Below the pieces are notes generated by a model. It was not told where the DNA came from, did not search any database, and saw only the letters and a list, made by a program, of their open reading frames with translations. Shown here in pieces: positions 32,584-45,500 of a stretch of 64,000 bases of DNA. Numbering within the stretch: position 1 is the first letter of the stretch; each line of letters begins with the position of its first letter. The position numbers were made by a program, and so were the translations under genes. The DNA lies in assembly GCA_964019425.1 (NCBI GenBank), contig OZ025793.1, positions 558,001-622,000 on the forward strand, in the 5' to 3' direction. This DNA is from Flectonema sp. DT1601 (Eukaryota).

Positions 32584-33225
32584 TTAGCTCTCGTTGAAGT
32601 CACACAAGGTAAGGAAAGCAACGTGTCTACACACCAGCTTGGAATATCTTGTTGTGTTGTTTGATTGTTATTCTTCATTTGTTTTATTGTTTTATTATTA
32701 TATTTCCATTCTTTCCTTTGGGGAAGTCTGAAAAGACGTGTGTTGTTTTGTTTCTCTCTCTCCCTTTAGCAGCAATGATAATTGTGTTTGTGATCTCATT
32801 GTGTAGATCACGTTATCACTCCGTTTTGACTCAAATGAGTTACAAAGCAAGTATTGGGTATTCATCCTATTTGAGAGCTGCTATTGTCTTTCTCTCTCTT
32901 TTCTGTTTTTTTGAAACCAGCGTGCTTTTTGAGTTCATTCATTCCTTTTGGATGAATGAAAACCAAACCTTTTGAGTTGTTAGCCACAGTTTGTTGTCTG
33001 TTGGTGAGCATCACTCTAGTTCTTACTTTACGAGTAATGAAATTAATTCCTTTTGTATTCTGACGACATCAAAAAGTTAGTAACCTTCCCTCTTCAAAAC
33101 AGAACTCAGTTCACATTTACAACAAGAAGATGACTTATTGTTAAGTAAATAGTTTTATTATAAATTAAAACTCTTTTCATTTACAGACACTTCCTAGTTA
33201 CATCCACCACCCGAATTATAAAAAT

Positions 33226-34188
33226 ATGAAGACCGCCGCCGCCCTCGCTCTCATCGCGTCCGCTTCATCCCTTCCGCTGGACTACATCAACAACAATGAA
33301 GCACTTCTTTGGAAGAACTTCAAGGAGTCATACAACAAGAAGTACAGCGGAGTTGATGAACCAAAGAGAAGAACTATCTTCATGGAGAACATGAGAAAGG
33401 GATCTTCATTGGAGAAGTCGAACCCTGGATGTGAATTTGGAATGAACATCTACACTGACTTGTCGAGTGAGGAATTCAAAGTTTACCACAACCTGAACAT
33501 GCCAGTCGAGGAGAGCCCTGCTCGCAAGTACACTGCGGCTGATGTTGAAGCCAACGTCGATGCGGTGGACTGGAGAACCAAGGGAGCAGTGACCCAGGTG
33601 AAGAACCAGGCACAGTGTGGATCTTGTTGGTCGTTCTCGACTACCGGAGGTATCGAAGGACAGTGGAAACTTGCAGGTCACGACCTCGTTTCACTGTCAG
33701 AGCAGGAGTTGGTATCATGTGACAAGACTGATGCTGGATGTGGAGGAGGATGGCAATACCAAGCCATGCAGTGGTTACTCGACAACCACAGTGGTGGTAT
33801 TGTTACTGAGGAAGAGTACCCATACACCTCTGGAGAGGGAAGAGTTGCGGAGTGCAAGGACGTTTCTTCGATGAAGGTCGGAGCCACGATCAAGGGATAC
33901 AAGAAGCTCGCTCACAGTGAGGATGAGATGGCTGTTTTCGTTGGTAAGAATGGACCTCTGTCGATTGCCCTTGACGCGAGCTCGTTCCAGACCTACACTG
34001 GAGGAATCCTGTCCAACTGTGATGGAAAGACCCTCGACCACGCTGTCTTGATTGTTGGATATGCTCCAGGATACTGGATCGTAAAGAACTCTTGGGGAGC
34101 AAACTGGGGAGAGAGTGGATACATCAGAATCGCTAGAGGAAGCAACCAGTGTGGACTTGACCTCGCCCCAGTTACTTCAGAAATCTAG
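33226..34188 (+). CDS. Cathepsin L-like protease, copy 2 (GEGRVAEC variant)
   Basis: Same catalytic motifs; three residues differ from copy 1. Confidence 0.97.
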   Translation: MKTAAALALIASASSLPLDYINNNEALLWKNFKESYNKKYSGVDEPKRRTIFMENMRKGSSLEKSNPGCEFGMNIYTDLSSEEFKVYHNLNMPVEESPARKYTAADVEANVDAVDWRTKGAVTQVKNQAQCGSCWSFSTTGGIEGQWKLAGHDLVSLSEQELVSCDKTDAGCGGGWQYQAMQWLLDNHSGGIVTEEEYPYTSGEGRVAECKDVSSMKVGATIKGYKKLAHSEDEMAVFVGKNGPLSIALDASSFQTYTGGILSNCDGKTLDHAVLIVGYAPGYWIVKNSWGANWGESGYIRIARGSNQCGLDLAPVTSEI

Positions 34189-34838
34189 TTTGGGGGATTT
34201 GTTGTATTATTATTTTTTTGAATTTCTCAGTCTCAATCGAAAGCAGTGATGAGACATCTACACACCAAATATACCAAATGAAGTTCTTGTGTTTGATTGT
34301 GTTATCTGTTTTATTATATTGTACTACATAAAGTATTGTTAGCATTCTTTTTATTATTAGTTTCCATTCTTTCCTTCGGGGAAGTCTGAAGAACTCGTGT
34401 GAGCAATTTTGTCTTCCCTCTCTTCGTTTGCAAGTGATAATTGTGTTTGTGGTCTCAATGTGTAGATCACGTTATCACTTTGTTTCCTATGGGTTTAGGA
34501 ACACTTTTGTTTTTTTATTTATTTTGAAACCAGCGTGCTTTTTGAGTTCATTCATTCCTTTTGGATGAATGAAAACCAAACCTTTTGAGTTGTTAGCCAC
34601 AGTTTGTTGTCTGTTGGTGAGCATCACTCTAGTTCTTACTTTACGAGTAATGAAATTAATTCCTTTTGTATTCTGACGACATCAAAAAGTTAGTAACCTT
34701 CCCTCTTCAAAACAGAACTCAGTTCACATTTACAACAAGAAGATGACTTATTGTTAAGTAAATAGTTTTTTTATAAATTAAAACTCTCTTCATTTACAGA
34801 CACTTCCTAGTTACATCCACCACCCGAATTATAAAAAT

Positions 34839-35801
34839 ATGAAGACCGCCGCCGCCCTCGCTCTCATCGCGTCCGCTTCATCCCTTCCGTTGGACTACAT
34901 CAACAACAATGAAGCACTTCTTTGGAAGAACTTCAAGGAGTCATACAACAAGAAGTACAGCGGAGTTGATGAACCAAAGAGAAGAACTATCTTCATGGAG
35001 AACATGAGAAAGGGATCTTCATTGGAGAAGTCGAACCCTGGATGTGAATTTGGAATGAACATCTACACTGACTTGTCGAGTGAGGAATTCAAAGTTTACC
35101 ACAACCTGAACATGCCAGTCGAGGAGAGCCCTGCTCGCAAGTACACTGCGGCTGATGTTGAAGCCAACGTCGATGCGGTGGACTGGAGAACCAAGGGAGC
35201 AGTGACCCAGGTGAAGAACCAGGCACAGTGTGGATCTTGTTGGTCGTTCTCGACTACCGGAGGTATCGAAGGACAGTGGAAACTTGCAGGTCACGACCTC
35301 GTTTCACTGTCTGAGCAGGAGTTGGTATCATGTGACAAGACTGATGCCGGATGTGGAGGAGGATGGCAATACCAAGCCATGCAGTGGTTACTCGACAACC
35401 ACAGTGGTGGTATTGTTACTGAGGAAGAGTACCCATACACCTCTGGAGGGGGAAGTGTTGCGGCGTGCAAGGACGTTTCTTCGATGAAGGTTGGAGCCAC
35501 GATCAAGGGATACAAGAAGCTCGCCCACAGTGAAGACGAGATGGCTGTTTTCGTTGGTAAGAACGGACCTCTGTCGATTGCCCTTGATGCGAGCTCGTTC
35601 CAGACCTACACTGGAGGAATCCTGTCCAACTGTGATGGAAAGACCCTCGACCACGCTGTCTTGATTGTTGGATATGCTCCAGGATACTGGATCGTAAAGA
35701 ACTCTTGGGGAGCAAACTGGGGAGAGAGTGGATACATCAGAATCGCTAGAGGAAGCAACCAGTGTGGACTTGACCTCGCCCCAGTTACTTCAGAAATCTA
35801 A
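34839..35801 (+). CDS. Cathepsin L-like protease, copy 3
   Basis: Protein identical to copy 1. Confidence 0.97.
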   Translation: MKTAAALALIASASSLPLDYINNNEALLWKNFKESYNKKYSGVDEPKRRTIFMENMRKGSSLEKSNPGCEFGMNIYTDLSSEEFKVYHNLNMPVEESPARKYTAADVEANVDAVDWRTKGAVTQVKNQAQCGSCWSFSTTGGIEGQWKLAGHDLVSLSEQELVSCDKTDAGCGGGWQYQAMQWLLDNHSGGIVTEEEYPYTSGGGSVAACKDVSSMKVGATIKGYKKLAHSEDEMAVFVGKNGPLSIALDASSFQTYTGGILSNCDGKTLDHAVLIVGYAPGYWIVKNSWGANWGESGYIRIARGSNQCGLDLAPVTSEI

Positions 35802-36443
35802 TTAGCTCTCGTTGAAGTCACACAAGGTAAGGAAAGCAACGTGTCTACACACCAGCTTGGAATATCTTGTTGTGTTGTTTGATTGTTATTCTTCATTTGT
35901 TTTATTGTTTTATTATTATATTTCCATTCTTTCCTTTGGGGAAGTCTGAAAAGACGTGTGTTGTTTTGTTTCTCTCTCTCCCTTTAGCAGCAATGATAAT
36001 TGTGTTTGTGATCTCATTGTGTAGATCACGTTATCACTCCGTTTTGACTCAAATGAGTTACAAAGTAAGTATTGGGTATTCATCCTATTTGAGAGCTGCT
36101 ATTGTCTTTCTCTCTCTTTTCTGTTTTTTTGAAACCAGCGTGCTTTTTGAATTCATTCATTCCTTTTGGATGAATGAAAACCAAACCTTTTGAGTTGTTA
36201 GCCACAGTTTGTTGTCTGTTGGTGAGCATCACTCCAGTTCTTACTTTACGAGTAATGAAATTAATTCCTTTTGTATTCTGACGACATCAAAAAGTTAGTA
36301 ACCTTCCCTCTTCAAAACAGAACTCAGTTCACATTTACAACAAGAAGATGACTTATTGTTAAGTAAATAGTTTTTTTATAAATTAAAACTCTCTTCATTT
36401 ACAGACACTTCCTAGTTACATCCACCACCCGAATTATAAAAAT

Positions 36444-37406
36444 ATGAAGACCGCCGCCGCCCTCGCTCTCATCGCGTCCGCTTCCTCCCTTCCGTTGGAC
36501 TACATCAACAACAATGAAGCACTTCTTTGGAAGAACTTCAAGGAGTCATACAACAAGAAGTACAGCGGAGTTGATGAACCAAAGAGAAGAACTATCTTCA
36601 TGGAGAACATGAGAAAGGGATCTTCATTGGAGAAGTCGAACCCTGGATGTGAATTTGGAATGAACATCTACACTGACTTGTCGAGTGAGGAATTCAAAGT
36701 TTACCACAACCTCAACATGCCAGTCGAGGAGAGCCCTGCTCGTAAGTACACTGCGGCTGATGTTGAAGCCAACGTCGATGCGGTGGACTGGAGAACCAAG
36801 GGAGCAGTGACCCAGGTGAAGAACCAGGCACAGTGTGGATCTTGTTGGTCGTTCTCGACTACCGGAGGTATCGAAGGACAGTGGAAACTTGCAGGTCACG
36901 ACCTCGTTTCACTGTCAGAGCAGGAGTTGGTATCATGTGACAAGACTGATGCTGGATGTGGAGGAGGATGGCAATACCAAGCCATGCAGTGGTTACTCGA
37001 CAACCACAGTGGTGGTATTGTTACTGAGGAAGAGTACCCATACACCTCTGGAGAGGGAAGAGTTGCGGAGTGCAAGGACGTTTCTTCGATGAAGGTCGGA
37101 GCCACGATCAAGGGATACAAGAAGCTCGCTCACAGTGAGGACGAGATGGCTGTTTTCGTTGGTAAGAATGGACCTCTGTCGATTGCCCTTGACGCGAGCT
37201 CGTTCCAGACCTACACTGGAGGAATCCTGTCCAACTGTGATGGAAAGACCCTCGACCACGCTGTCTTGATTGTTGGATATGCTCCAGGATACTGGATCGT
37301 AAAGAACTCTTGGGGAGCAAACTGGGGAGAGAGTGGATACATCAGAATCGCTAGAGGAAGCAACCAGTGTGGACTTGACCTCGCCCCAGTTACTTCAGAA
37401 ATCTAA
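36444..37406 (+). CDS. Cathepsin L-like protease, copy 4 (GEGRVAEC variant)
   Basis: Protein identical to copy 2. Confidence 0.97.
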   Translation: MKTAAALALIASASSLPLDYINNNEALLWKNFKESYNKKYSGVDEPKRRTIFMENMRKGSSLEKSNPGCEFGMNIYTDLSSEEFKVYHNLNMPVEESPARKYTAADVEANVDAVDWRTKGAVTQVKNQAQCGSCWSFSTTGGIEGQWKLAGHDLVSLSEQELVSCDKTDAGCGGGWQYQAMQWLLDNHSGGIVTEEEYPYTSGEGRVAECKDVSSMKVGATIKGYKKLAHSEDEMAVFVGKNGPLSIALDASSFQTYTGGILSNCDGKTLDHAVLIVGYAPGYWIVKNSWGANWGESGYIRIARGSNQCGLDLAPVTSEI

Positions 37407-38048
37407 TTAGCTCTCGTTGAAGTCACACAAGGTAAGGAAAGCAACGTGTCTACACACCAGCTTGGAATATCTTGTTGTGTTGTTTGATTGTTATTCTTCA
37501 TTTGTTTTATTGTTTTATTATTATATTTCCATTCTTTCCTTTAGGGAAGTCTGAAAAGACGTGTGTTGTTTTGTTTCTCTCTCTCCCTTTAGCAGCAATG
37601 ATAATTGTGTTTGTGATCTCATTGTGTAGATCACGTTATCACTCCGTTTTGACTCAAATGAGTTACAAAGTAAGTATTGGGTATTCATCCTATTTGAGAG
37701 CTGCTATTGTCTTTCTCTCTCTTTTCTGTTTTTTTGAAACCAGCGTGCTTTTTGAGTTCATTCATTCCTTTTGGATGAATGAAAACCAAACCTTTTGAGT
37801 TGTTAGCCACAGTTTGTTGTCTGTTGGTGAGCATCACTCTAGTTCTTACTTTACGAGTAATGAAATTAATTCCTTTTGTATTCTGACGACATCAAAAAGT
37901 TAGTAACCTTCCCTCTTCAAAACAGAACTCAGTTCACATTTACAACAAGAAGATGACTTATTGTTAAGTAAATAGTTTTATTATAAATTAAAACTCTTTT
38001 CATTTACAGACACTTCCTAGTTACATCCACCACCCGAATTATAAAAAT

Positions 38049-39011
38049 ATGAAGACCGCCGCCGCCCTCGCTCTCATCGCGTCCGCTTCATCCCTTCCGC
38101 TGGACTACATCAACAACAATGAAGCACTTCTTTGGAAGAACTTCAAGGAGTCATACAACAAGAAGTACAGCGGAGTTGATGAACCAAAGAGAAGAACTAT
38201 CTTCATGGAGAACATGAGAAAGGGATCTTCATTGGAGAAGTCGAACCCTGGATGTGAATTTGGAATGAACATCTACACTGACTTGTCGAGTGAGGAATTC
38301 AAAGTTTACCACAACCTCAACATGCCAGTCGAGGAGAGCCCTGCTCGTAAGTACACTGCGGCTGATGTTGAAGCCAACGTCGATGCGGTGGACTGGAGAA
38401 CCAAGGGAGCAGTGACCCAGGTGAAGAACCAGGCACAGTGTGGATCTTGTTGGTCGTTCTCGACTACCGGAGGTATCGAAGGACAGTGGAAACTTGCAGG
38501 TCACGACCTCGTTTCACTGTCAGAGCAGGAGTTGGTATCATGTGACAAGACTGATGCTGGATGTGGAGGAGGATGGCAATACCAAGCCATGCAGTGGTTA
38601 CTCGACAACCACAGTGGTGGTATTGTTACTGAGGAAGAGTACCCATACACCTCTGGAGGGGGAAGTGTTGCGGCGTGCAAGGACGTTTCTTCGATGAAGG
38701 TTGGAGCCACGATCAAGGGATACAAGAAGCTCGCCCACAGTGAAGACGAGATGGCTGTTTTCGTTGGTAAGAACGGACCTCTGTCGATTGCCCTTGATGC
38801 GAGCTCGTTCCAGACCTACACTGGAGGAATCCTGTCCAACTGTGATGGAAAGACCCTCGACCACGCTGTCTTGATTGTTGGATATGCTCCAGGATACTGG
38901 ATCGTAAAGAACTCTTGGGGAGCAAACTGGGGAGAGAGTGGATACATCAGAATCGCTAGAGGAAGCAACCAGTGTGGACTTGACCTCGCCCCAGTTACTT
39001 CAGAAATCTAA
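38049..39011 (+). CDS. Cathepsin L-like protease, copy 5
   Basis: Protein identical to copy 1; unique 3' flank. Confidence 0.97.
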   Translation: MKTAAALALIASASSLPLDYINNNEALLWKNFKESYNKKYSGVDEPKRRTIFMENMRKGSSLEKSNPGCEFGMNIYTDLSSEEFKVYHNLNMPVEESPARKYTAADVEANVDAVDWRTKGAVTQVKNQAQCGSCWSFSTTGGIEGQWKLAGHDLVSLSEQELVSCDKTDAGCGGGWQYQAMQWLLDNHSGGIVTEEEYPYTSGGGSVAACKDVSSMKVGATIKGYKKLAHSEDEMAVFVGKNGPLSIALDASSFQTYTGGILSNCDGKTLDHAVLIVGYAPGYWIVKNSWGANWGESGYIRIARGSNQCGLDLAPVTSEI

Positions 39012-39509
39012 TTATCTGAAAACAATTATAGTTTTCGAATGCTTCATTAAATCTTGATTGGGTGAGTGATACCATTCGTATATCTTTATTCTTTGTTTAT
39101 CTTTGTCGTTTTTCACACGTACAACCGTGTGCTGAATAGAAAGGCTTACTAAATTATGGTACTTTTGTATTTTATGAAGTATCATTGTACCTCACGGTAT
39201 TATATATCTATAAATCTCTTTCAACAAAATGTTGACAACCAACTTGTCGAAAATAACGTGTGTATTGTTCCTCTCTCATCTAATGCGGATGTGATATTTG
39301 TGTTTTGTGATCTCACTTGTGTAGGTCATTGTATCATTCCCGCTTTCTTCTTTTAATGTTAAAAGAATGAAGTAAGCTGTTCTCTGCCTCTCTCGTTTTG
39401 TTTGTTTTAAAATAAGTGTGCTTGTGTTAGGTCTTTAGATAGTAAAACCCGTCGTTATGATATCATAATTTCCTCCCACATCAGAAAAGATTATAAACTA
39501 CATAATGAT

Positions 39510-42500
39510 ATGAAATGGCTTCAAATTATCACCCTGCTCGCTGTGACGACGACAGTATCCACTAACTCAATCACTGTAGAATGTACGAGTGATAATCCAT
39601 GTGGTGTAATAAACTTATCAACTTCTGATCTGACGATAATAAAATGCTCAGGTAAGCAATCCTGTAGAGACAATCTACTTAAAGAATATCAACCACACAA
39701 AAGAGTACTGTTATTGTGTTATGAAGGTGGGTGTGGTGGTCTTAGTTTATCTCATAAAGAAGACCAACTTGCCGTTAAGTGTCTGAATAACGGATGCAGA
39801 GAAAGTCCTTCTGTAGAGTACCTCCACAATATAACATGTCACGCTACGCCGTTATATTCGAATTGTCCATCGGCATATGAAGAGAATACTGCTGTTGCTT
39901 CAGGTGCGTGGTGTCCTGTTTCCTGTCCGATTGGTCGAGTGAAAGGAATCTTTACTCGAGCTCTGTGTAAAAATGGAGTTTGGATAGCAACAGACAAGGG
40001 ATTTACTCATAATGCACCTTACGATCCCTCTACGGTGTGTGGAGGTAATCCTCTACTCTCTCAGCACTCGATTGCAAGGAGATCTATTCGTGCTCTTGTT
40101 GTTACTGCAACACTATCGCTATCAGATACAGGTTTGTATTTATGTTATTTGATATTTCAAGTTGTTGAGTGTATGAGTCCACAGCTCAGCTTCTCATCTG
40201 TTTTATAAGTCAAGTGTAGCTACCATTGTTTTGATATTTAGTATTCTCTTGTCCTCATTCTACTGAACACAAATATGTGAAGTAGTTGTATCTTTCTATT
40301 TCTAGTACATCCTGTGACTTACTGACAGTCAACTGTTCTGTGCTTTTGGTCATCTCGTTAGTATTCCAAATAAACAAAAACAGTATCGGAGTCATTAGCT
40401 ACAAGTAGTAAAACCTTTAGTGTCACTCCCAGTAGGTCTTATTCTAAATCAGAGACTGCGACTGGATCTAAAACTATATCTGTCACAAAGAGTAGGTCAG
40501 ATTCCGAATCAGATTCTGAGACAATTTCAAAAACGATATCCGTGTCAGTGAGTGATACGTTTTCTGAGTCGGAAACTGAGACGATCTCAAAGACTGATTC
40601 TTATTCACCAAGTCTCTCGGATTCGTTATCGTATACTGATTCTACTACAAAGACAAGGTCTGGTTCACAAAGTGTATCTATTTCAGAGTCAGATACAGGT
40701 ACTGATTCGCGTACCAAATCCATCACATTCAGCAGATCACTTTCAGAGTCAGACACAGGTACTGATTCGCGTACCAAGTCCATCACATTCAGTAGATCAC
40801 TCTCAGAGTCAGACACGTTTTCGGACTCAAAAACAAGATCAATCACTCATACGAGATCGTTAACTCATTCGATTACACCAACAGTTTTAATAACAGACAC
40901 TGCGAGCTACAGTTTATCATTCTCTGATACTATTACTGGTACTGATTCAAAAACTAAATCTAAAACACGAAGCATCTCTGAAACCGATTCTGATACGAAT
41001 TCCTTAACTAAAACTCGAAGTGTTACTGCAAGCAAATCACTTTCTCTAAGTGGTATACTAACTAGAACTAAGACGCACTCTCTAACACACACAGACAGTG
41101 TTAAAAGTACTGAGAGCTTAACAGACTCTGAAACGACCAGTTTAACTGACAGCGTGTCTGACAGTGAATCGATCTCAGAATCAAAAACCTTTTCAGAATC
41201 ACTCTCAGATAGCCTTTCATGGTCGGACAGTATCAGTAGTACTTTATCATTTACATTATCTGAATCATTATCGATTACCGATAGTTTTTCATTGACTGAT
41301 ACTTATTCAAAGACACTCAGTTACACGAGGAGTCGTAATACTGAAAGTTGGTCTATCACTCCATCGTATTCGAAGACTCTTAGTGATACTTTTAGTTTGT
41401 CTTTCAGTGATTCTATTTCTGGACGAACAAAAACATCTTCCGGATCGATAACTAACTCAAAGACATCGTCAGAAAGCTTATCATTCAGTGATTCAATTTC
41501 AAGAAATACTGTGAGTTGGTCTATCTCTGAGTCGGATAGTTTGTCAATAAGTTGGACAGTAACGAAAGCAACATTCACACCATCAGAATCTGACAGTGAA
41601 AGTATTGATTTGTCGATTTCAAAAACCTTATCTGATTCCGTAAGTAGAACTTTTTCATTATCAAAAACATTCTCAGAATCGGCATCGCCTTCGGGTAGCT
41701 TGTCAGGGACATGGTCGTTGACACGAATGGCTACCACCACTCTTAGTTTATCACTTACAACTGTTACTGAGTCAGACAGTGGTACTTTAACAGCAAGTAA
41801 AACTATTTCTGTTTCTGTTTCAAAATCTCCGTCGAGTAGTTTGTCGTTTTCATCGTCAAAAACCAGGTCAGTTACTCGAAGTCTGTCGGCGTCTTCGTCA
41901 ATTACTGATAGTAACACGAGGACTCTGTCACGATTTACGAGATCGTTGTCAGATTCAGAGAGTTATTCTTTATCTTTAACTTTTAGTTTATCAGTTACGT
42001 ATTCGACTGTAACACCAACGATGTCTGGGACTGTTACTAAAACACTTTCTCGTACTCTAACTCCAACTGATTCAATTCAAGAAACCAACAGCAAAACAAT
42101 CACTACGGATACTTTAAGTGAGACTGATACGTTCACTGATAGTTATTCTCAAACACATACTCTGAGTGAAACAGTTTCTAAAACGGCATCAGAAACAAGT
42201 TCGTTGACGAAATCTAAGACAAAGTCTGGTACCTATTCACTCTCTCCTACAGATAGTTATTCACTGTCGTCTGATTCAATAACTGAGAGTAGAAGTTTAT
42301 CTCAATCTTTAACTCATAGTTTGACAGCTACGAATACCTACTCGGGATCAAAATCATTTAGTACGTCGTTATCGTTTAGTGATTCACTATCAGTATCAGA
42401 AACAGTTTCATTAACACTATCAGACTCTCTTAGTTTTACTACTTCCTTGTCTCTTACTGAAACAGTTTCGATATCTGAAACAATGTCTGAATCATTAACT

Positions 42501-45500
42501 GGGAGTATTACAATTTCTGAGACTTGTATGTTTATTGTGTTTCTTTTTGGATATTATCTGATCAATCCTGTTTGGAAATAAAATAAAAAAAAATAACAAC
42601 AAACAGTAACATTAACTGACTCGTTGACTGGATCAAAGACCCGTTCTCGTACAAAGACGTTTAGTGTTACGGGGAGGACGGAAACAGAAAGTGAGTCAGA
42701 GAGTTTTAGTGAAACAGAATCGTTAACGATATCGCTGTCGCTTCCGACAGCGAGTATGACAGGGACGATTTCTTTGACAATGACGTTTACTGAAAGTATT
42801 TCTGAGACATACTCAGAGTCAGATTCGATATCATTGTCGATTACCATGTCTGAATCTTTAACTTTATCTGAGTCACTCAGTTTAACCATTTCCTTATCGT
42901 TGCCAACTAGGAGTGAGACGTATTCAGAAACTTTAACATTTTCACTAACTAATTCATTGTCAATAAGTGACACGTTGACCCTTTCAAAAACCCTTACCAT
43001 CACAAACAGTCTATCAGAATCAATTAGTGAAACGCTAACTATTTCCAAAACTATTTCTGATACATTATCAGTGTCTGAAAGTATCAGTGAGACTTTATCG
43101 TATAGCATTACAATAACTGACAGTCTGAGTGTTTCAGAATCAGTTAGTGAAACACAAACAATTAGTATCACTCCCTCAATATCAATATCGATTACAGAAA
43201 CACTAAGCGAAACGTTAACATATTCTCTTACTGGTTCAATTACGTTGAGTATTACTGAAAGTCTAACAGATAGTATTACTGATACGCTATCGTTGAGTTT
43301 GCCAACAGCGACCGAATCGTTTAGTTTTTCAATGACGGAAACAATGACGGAATCGTTGTCGTTGTCAGATTCTATTTCATTGACTGTTAGTTTATCGTTA
43401 CCTACAGCGACACAGACTTATTCAATTACTTTTACTGATTCTGAAACGCTTACTGAGACTCTCTCAAAATCATTTTCTCTATCAGAAACTTTAACTGAAA
43501 GTCTCTCTGAAACGATTTCATTGTCTTTGAGTGAAACGCTTTCAATCAGTGAAAGCATCACATTGAGCGATACTTATTCTGTTTCGTTAAGTGAGAGTGG
43601 TAGTTTAACAGATACAATTAGTGTTTCTTTATCACTTCCAACGGGTACTGCTTCGTGGACAGCAACGCTTTCATTTTCAGAATCGATCTCTGAATCTATA
43701 TCAGCAACGGATTCACTTACTGTGTCGTTATCCTTACCAACAGCTAGTGAAACACCAACTTATACTTTCTCATTAACAATAACAGATTCTGTTAGCATAA
43801 GTGAATCGATAACTGAGAGTCTGAGTTATTCTCTCACTGATTCTATTTCTATAACTCTTTCTTCATCTTTGAGTGAGAGTTATACGATTTCAGAAACAAT
43901 CTCTGATTCGTTATCAGAATCGTTAAGTGAGACGGAATCATTCACATTATCGATTACTGGAACTGAATCAGAAACAGACAGTGTCAGCTTAACTGATTCC
44001 ATCTCATCTAGTTTTACGATTTCATTAACAGAAACGTATTCGTTGTCTATTTCTGATAGTTACTCATTGACAGATACGTACTCTGGAACTGTCAGTTTTA
44101 CATTGTCGTTGTCGCTGCCGACAGCATCATCATCACATACGATGAGTTACAGCTTAAGTGAGACATGGAGTGAGAGTAAAACGATCTCAATTACGATTTC
44201 AGAAACTATTTCTGATAGTTTGACGGACACTTATACTTTAACTCCTTCTATAACTTTATCGGTATCGTTGTCGTTGCCAACTGCTACAGAAACATTCACA
44301 ATGACTTTGAGTAGTACAGAGACATGGTCTGTGTCTTTAACAGATTCTATTTCTTTATCAGATACGTTCTCAATTACTTTATCGCTTTCATTGCCAACGG
44401 CTACGGTTACGTACACACATTCGTTGACTGACAGCATTTCATTGTCAGAATCTATTTCTTTATCAGAGACTGTGTCTCTCACACAAACGTACAGTGTGAC
44501 AGATTCTGAATCTCTTACACTCACAGACTCATTTACGCAATCTCTTAGTTTGCCAACTGGAACTACAACTCACACGGTGTCTGTGTCATTACCGACTAGA
44601 ACAGCAACCTTTACTCTTAGTTTGTCTCTTCCTACAGCTAGTAGTACATTTACGATATCCTTATCACTACCAACTGCTTCACAGACTGATACGATGTCGT
44701 TATCGTTACCAACGTTAACTGCTTCTAGTACTGCAACTTTATCGTCAAGTTACTCAGCCACGTCATCAGTTTCAGATACTATTAGTTTTCCAAGAGATAT
44801 GGAATATTCATTTCTTCATTGGGATGATAGAGATGAAGGTGTTTGGTCAGCAATGGATGGACATCCGACTTTAGTATTTGACACACCTTGTGATTCATAC
44901 TACCCTTCAATAGATGTTCCTGTTGGGGCATCTGTTAGACTACACAATACTTCGGTTGCTAGAAATTCATGGACAGTATCTCTTTGGGTAAAACAAGTAA
45001 GTAAAGGACAAATTATTAAAAAGATACTTGTGGGAGTGTATCCGAATAAAATAAGATCTTCAGCACCTATTTCAGTTGTGTTATCTGGATCGACATCAAT
45101 TCAACTCGTTGATGGATACGGTCAGGTAGTTGTTGCAACTGATTCTAACAGTCTTTTAACATCAAGCTTTCTACTTAACAAGTGGACTCAACTGACCTTA
45201 ACATACATTGCTCCCCTCGACCCACATAATATCGTTGGGCATAGTAGGACTTTGGGATCACATGTATATTTATATTTAAATAAGGTTTTGGTATTGCAAT
45301 CAGCGTGGGAAGTGGGAAACTCAAACTCCCTATATGTGAGTGAGTCTGAAGTATTTTTAGGAAAGGTTTCTGGTATTGGAATGAACACCAATACAACCGA
45401 AAACTCAATAGGATCATTTCGATATAGTAAAATATCTATTCTGTCTGGTGCTGTTCCTCCTTATGAAATACCTTCGCTGTTAGAAGATGTTTGTAATTCA

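Larger units (their letters stand above)
31621..39011 (+). repeat. Tandem gene array of 5 units, periods 1605/1613/1605/1605 bp
   Basis: Spacing of the start codons; near-identical CDS and shared upstream spacers. Confidence 0.97.

Noticed and set aside
32770..32820. SECIS element in the cathepsin 3' flank
   Set aside because: No in-frame UGA in the CDS and no GA quartet partner or apical AA.
32649..37798. Repeated 108-aa hydrophobic ORFs between cathepsin genes
   Set aside because: TTG-start translations of T-rich UTR, repeated only because the spacer is duplicated; absent from the type B spacer.
40601..44524. Antisense ORFs over the Ser/Thr stalk and cathepsins
   Set aside because: Shadow frames caused by biased codon content.
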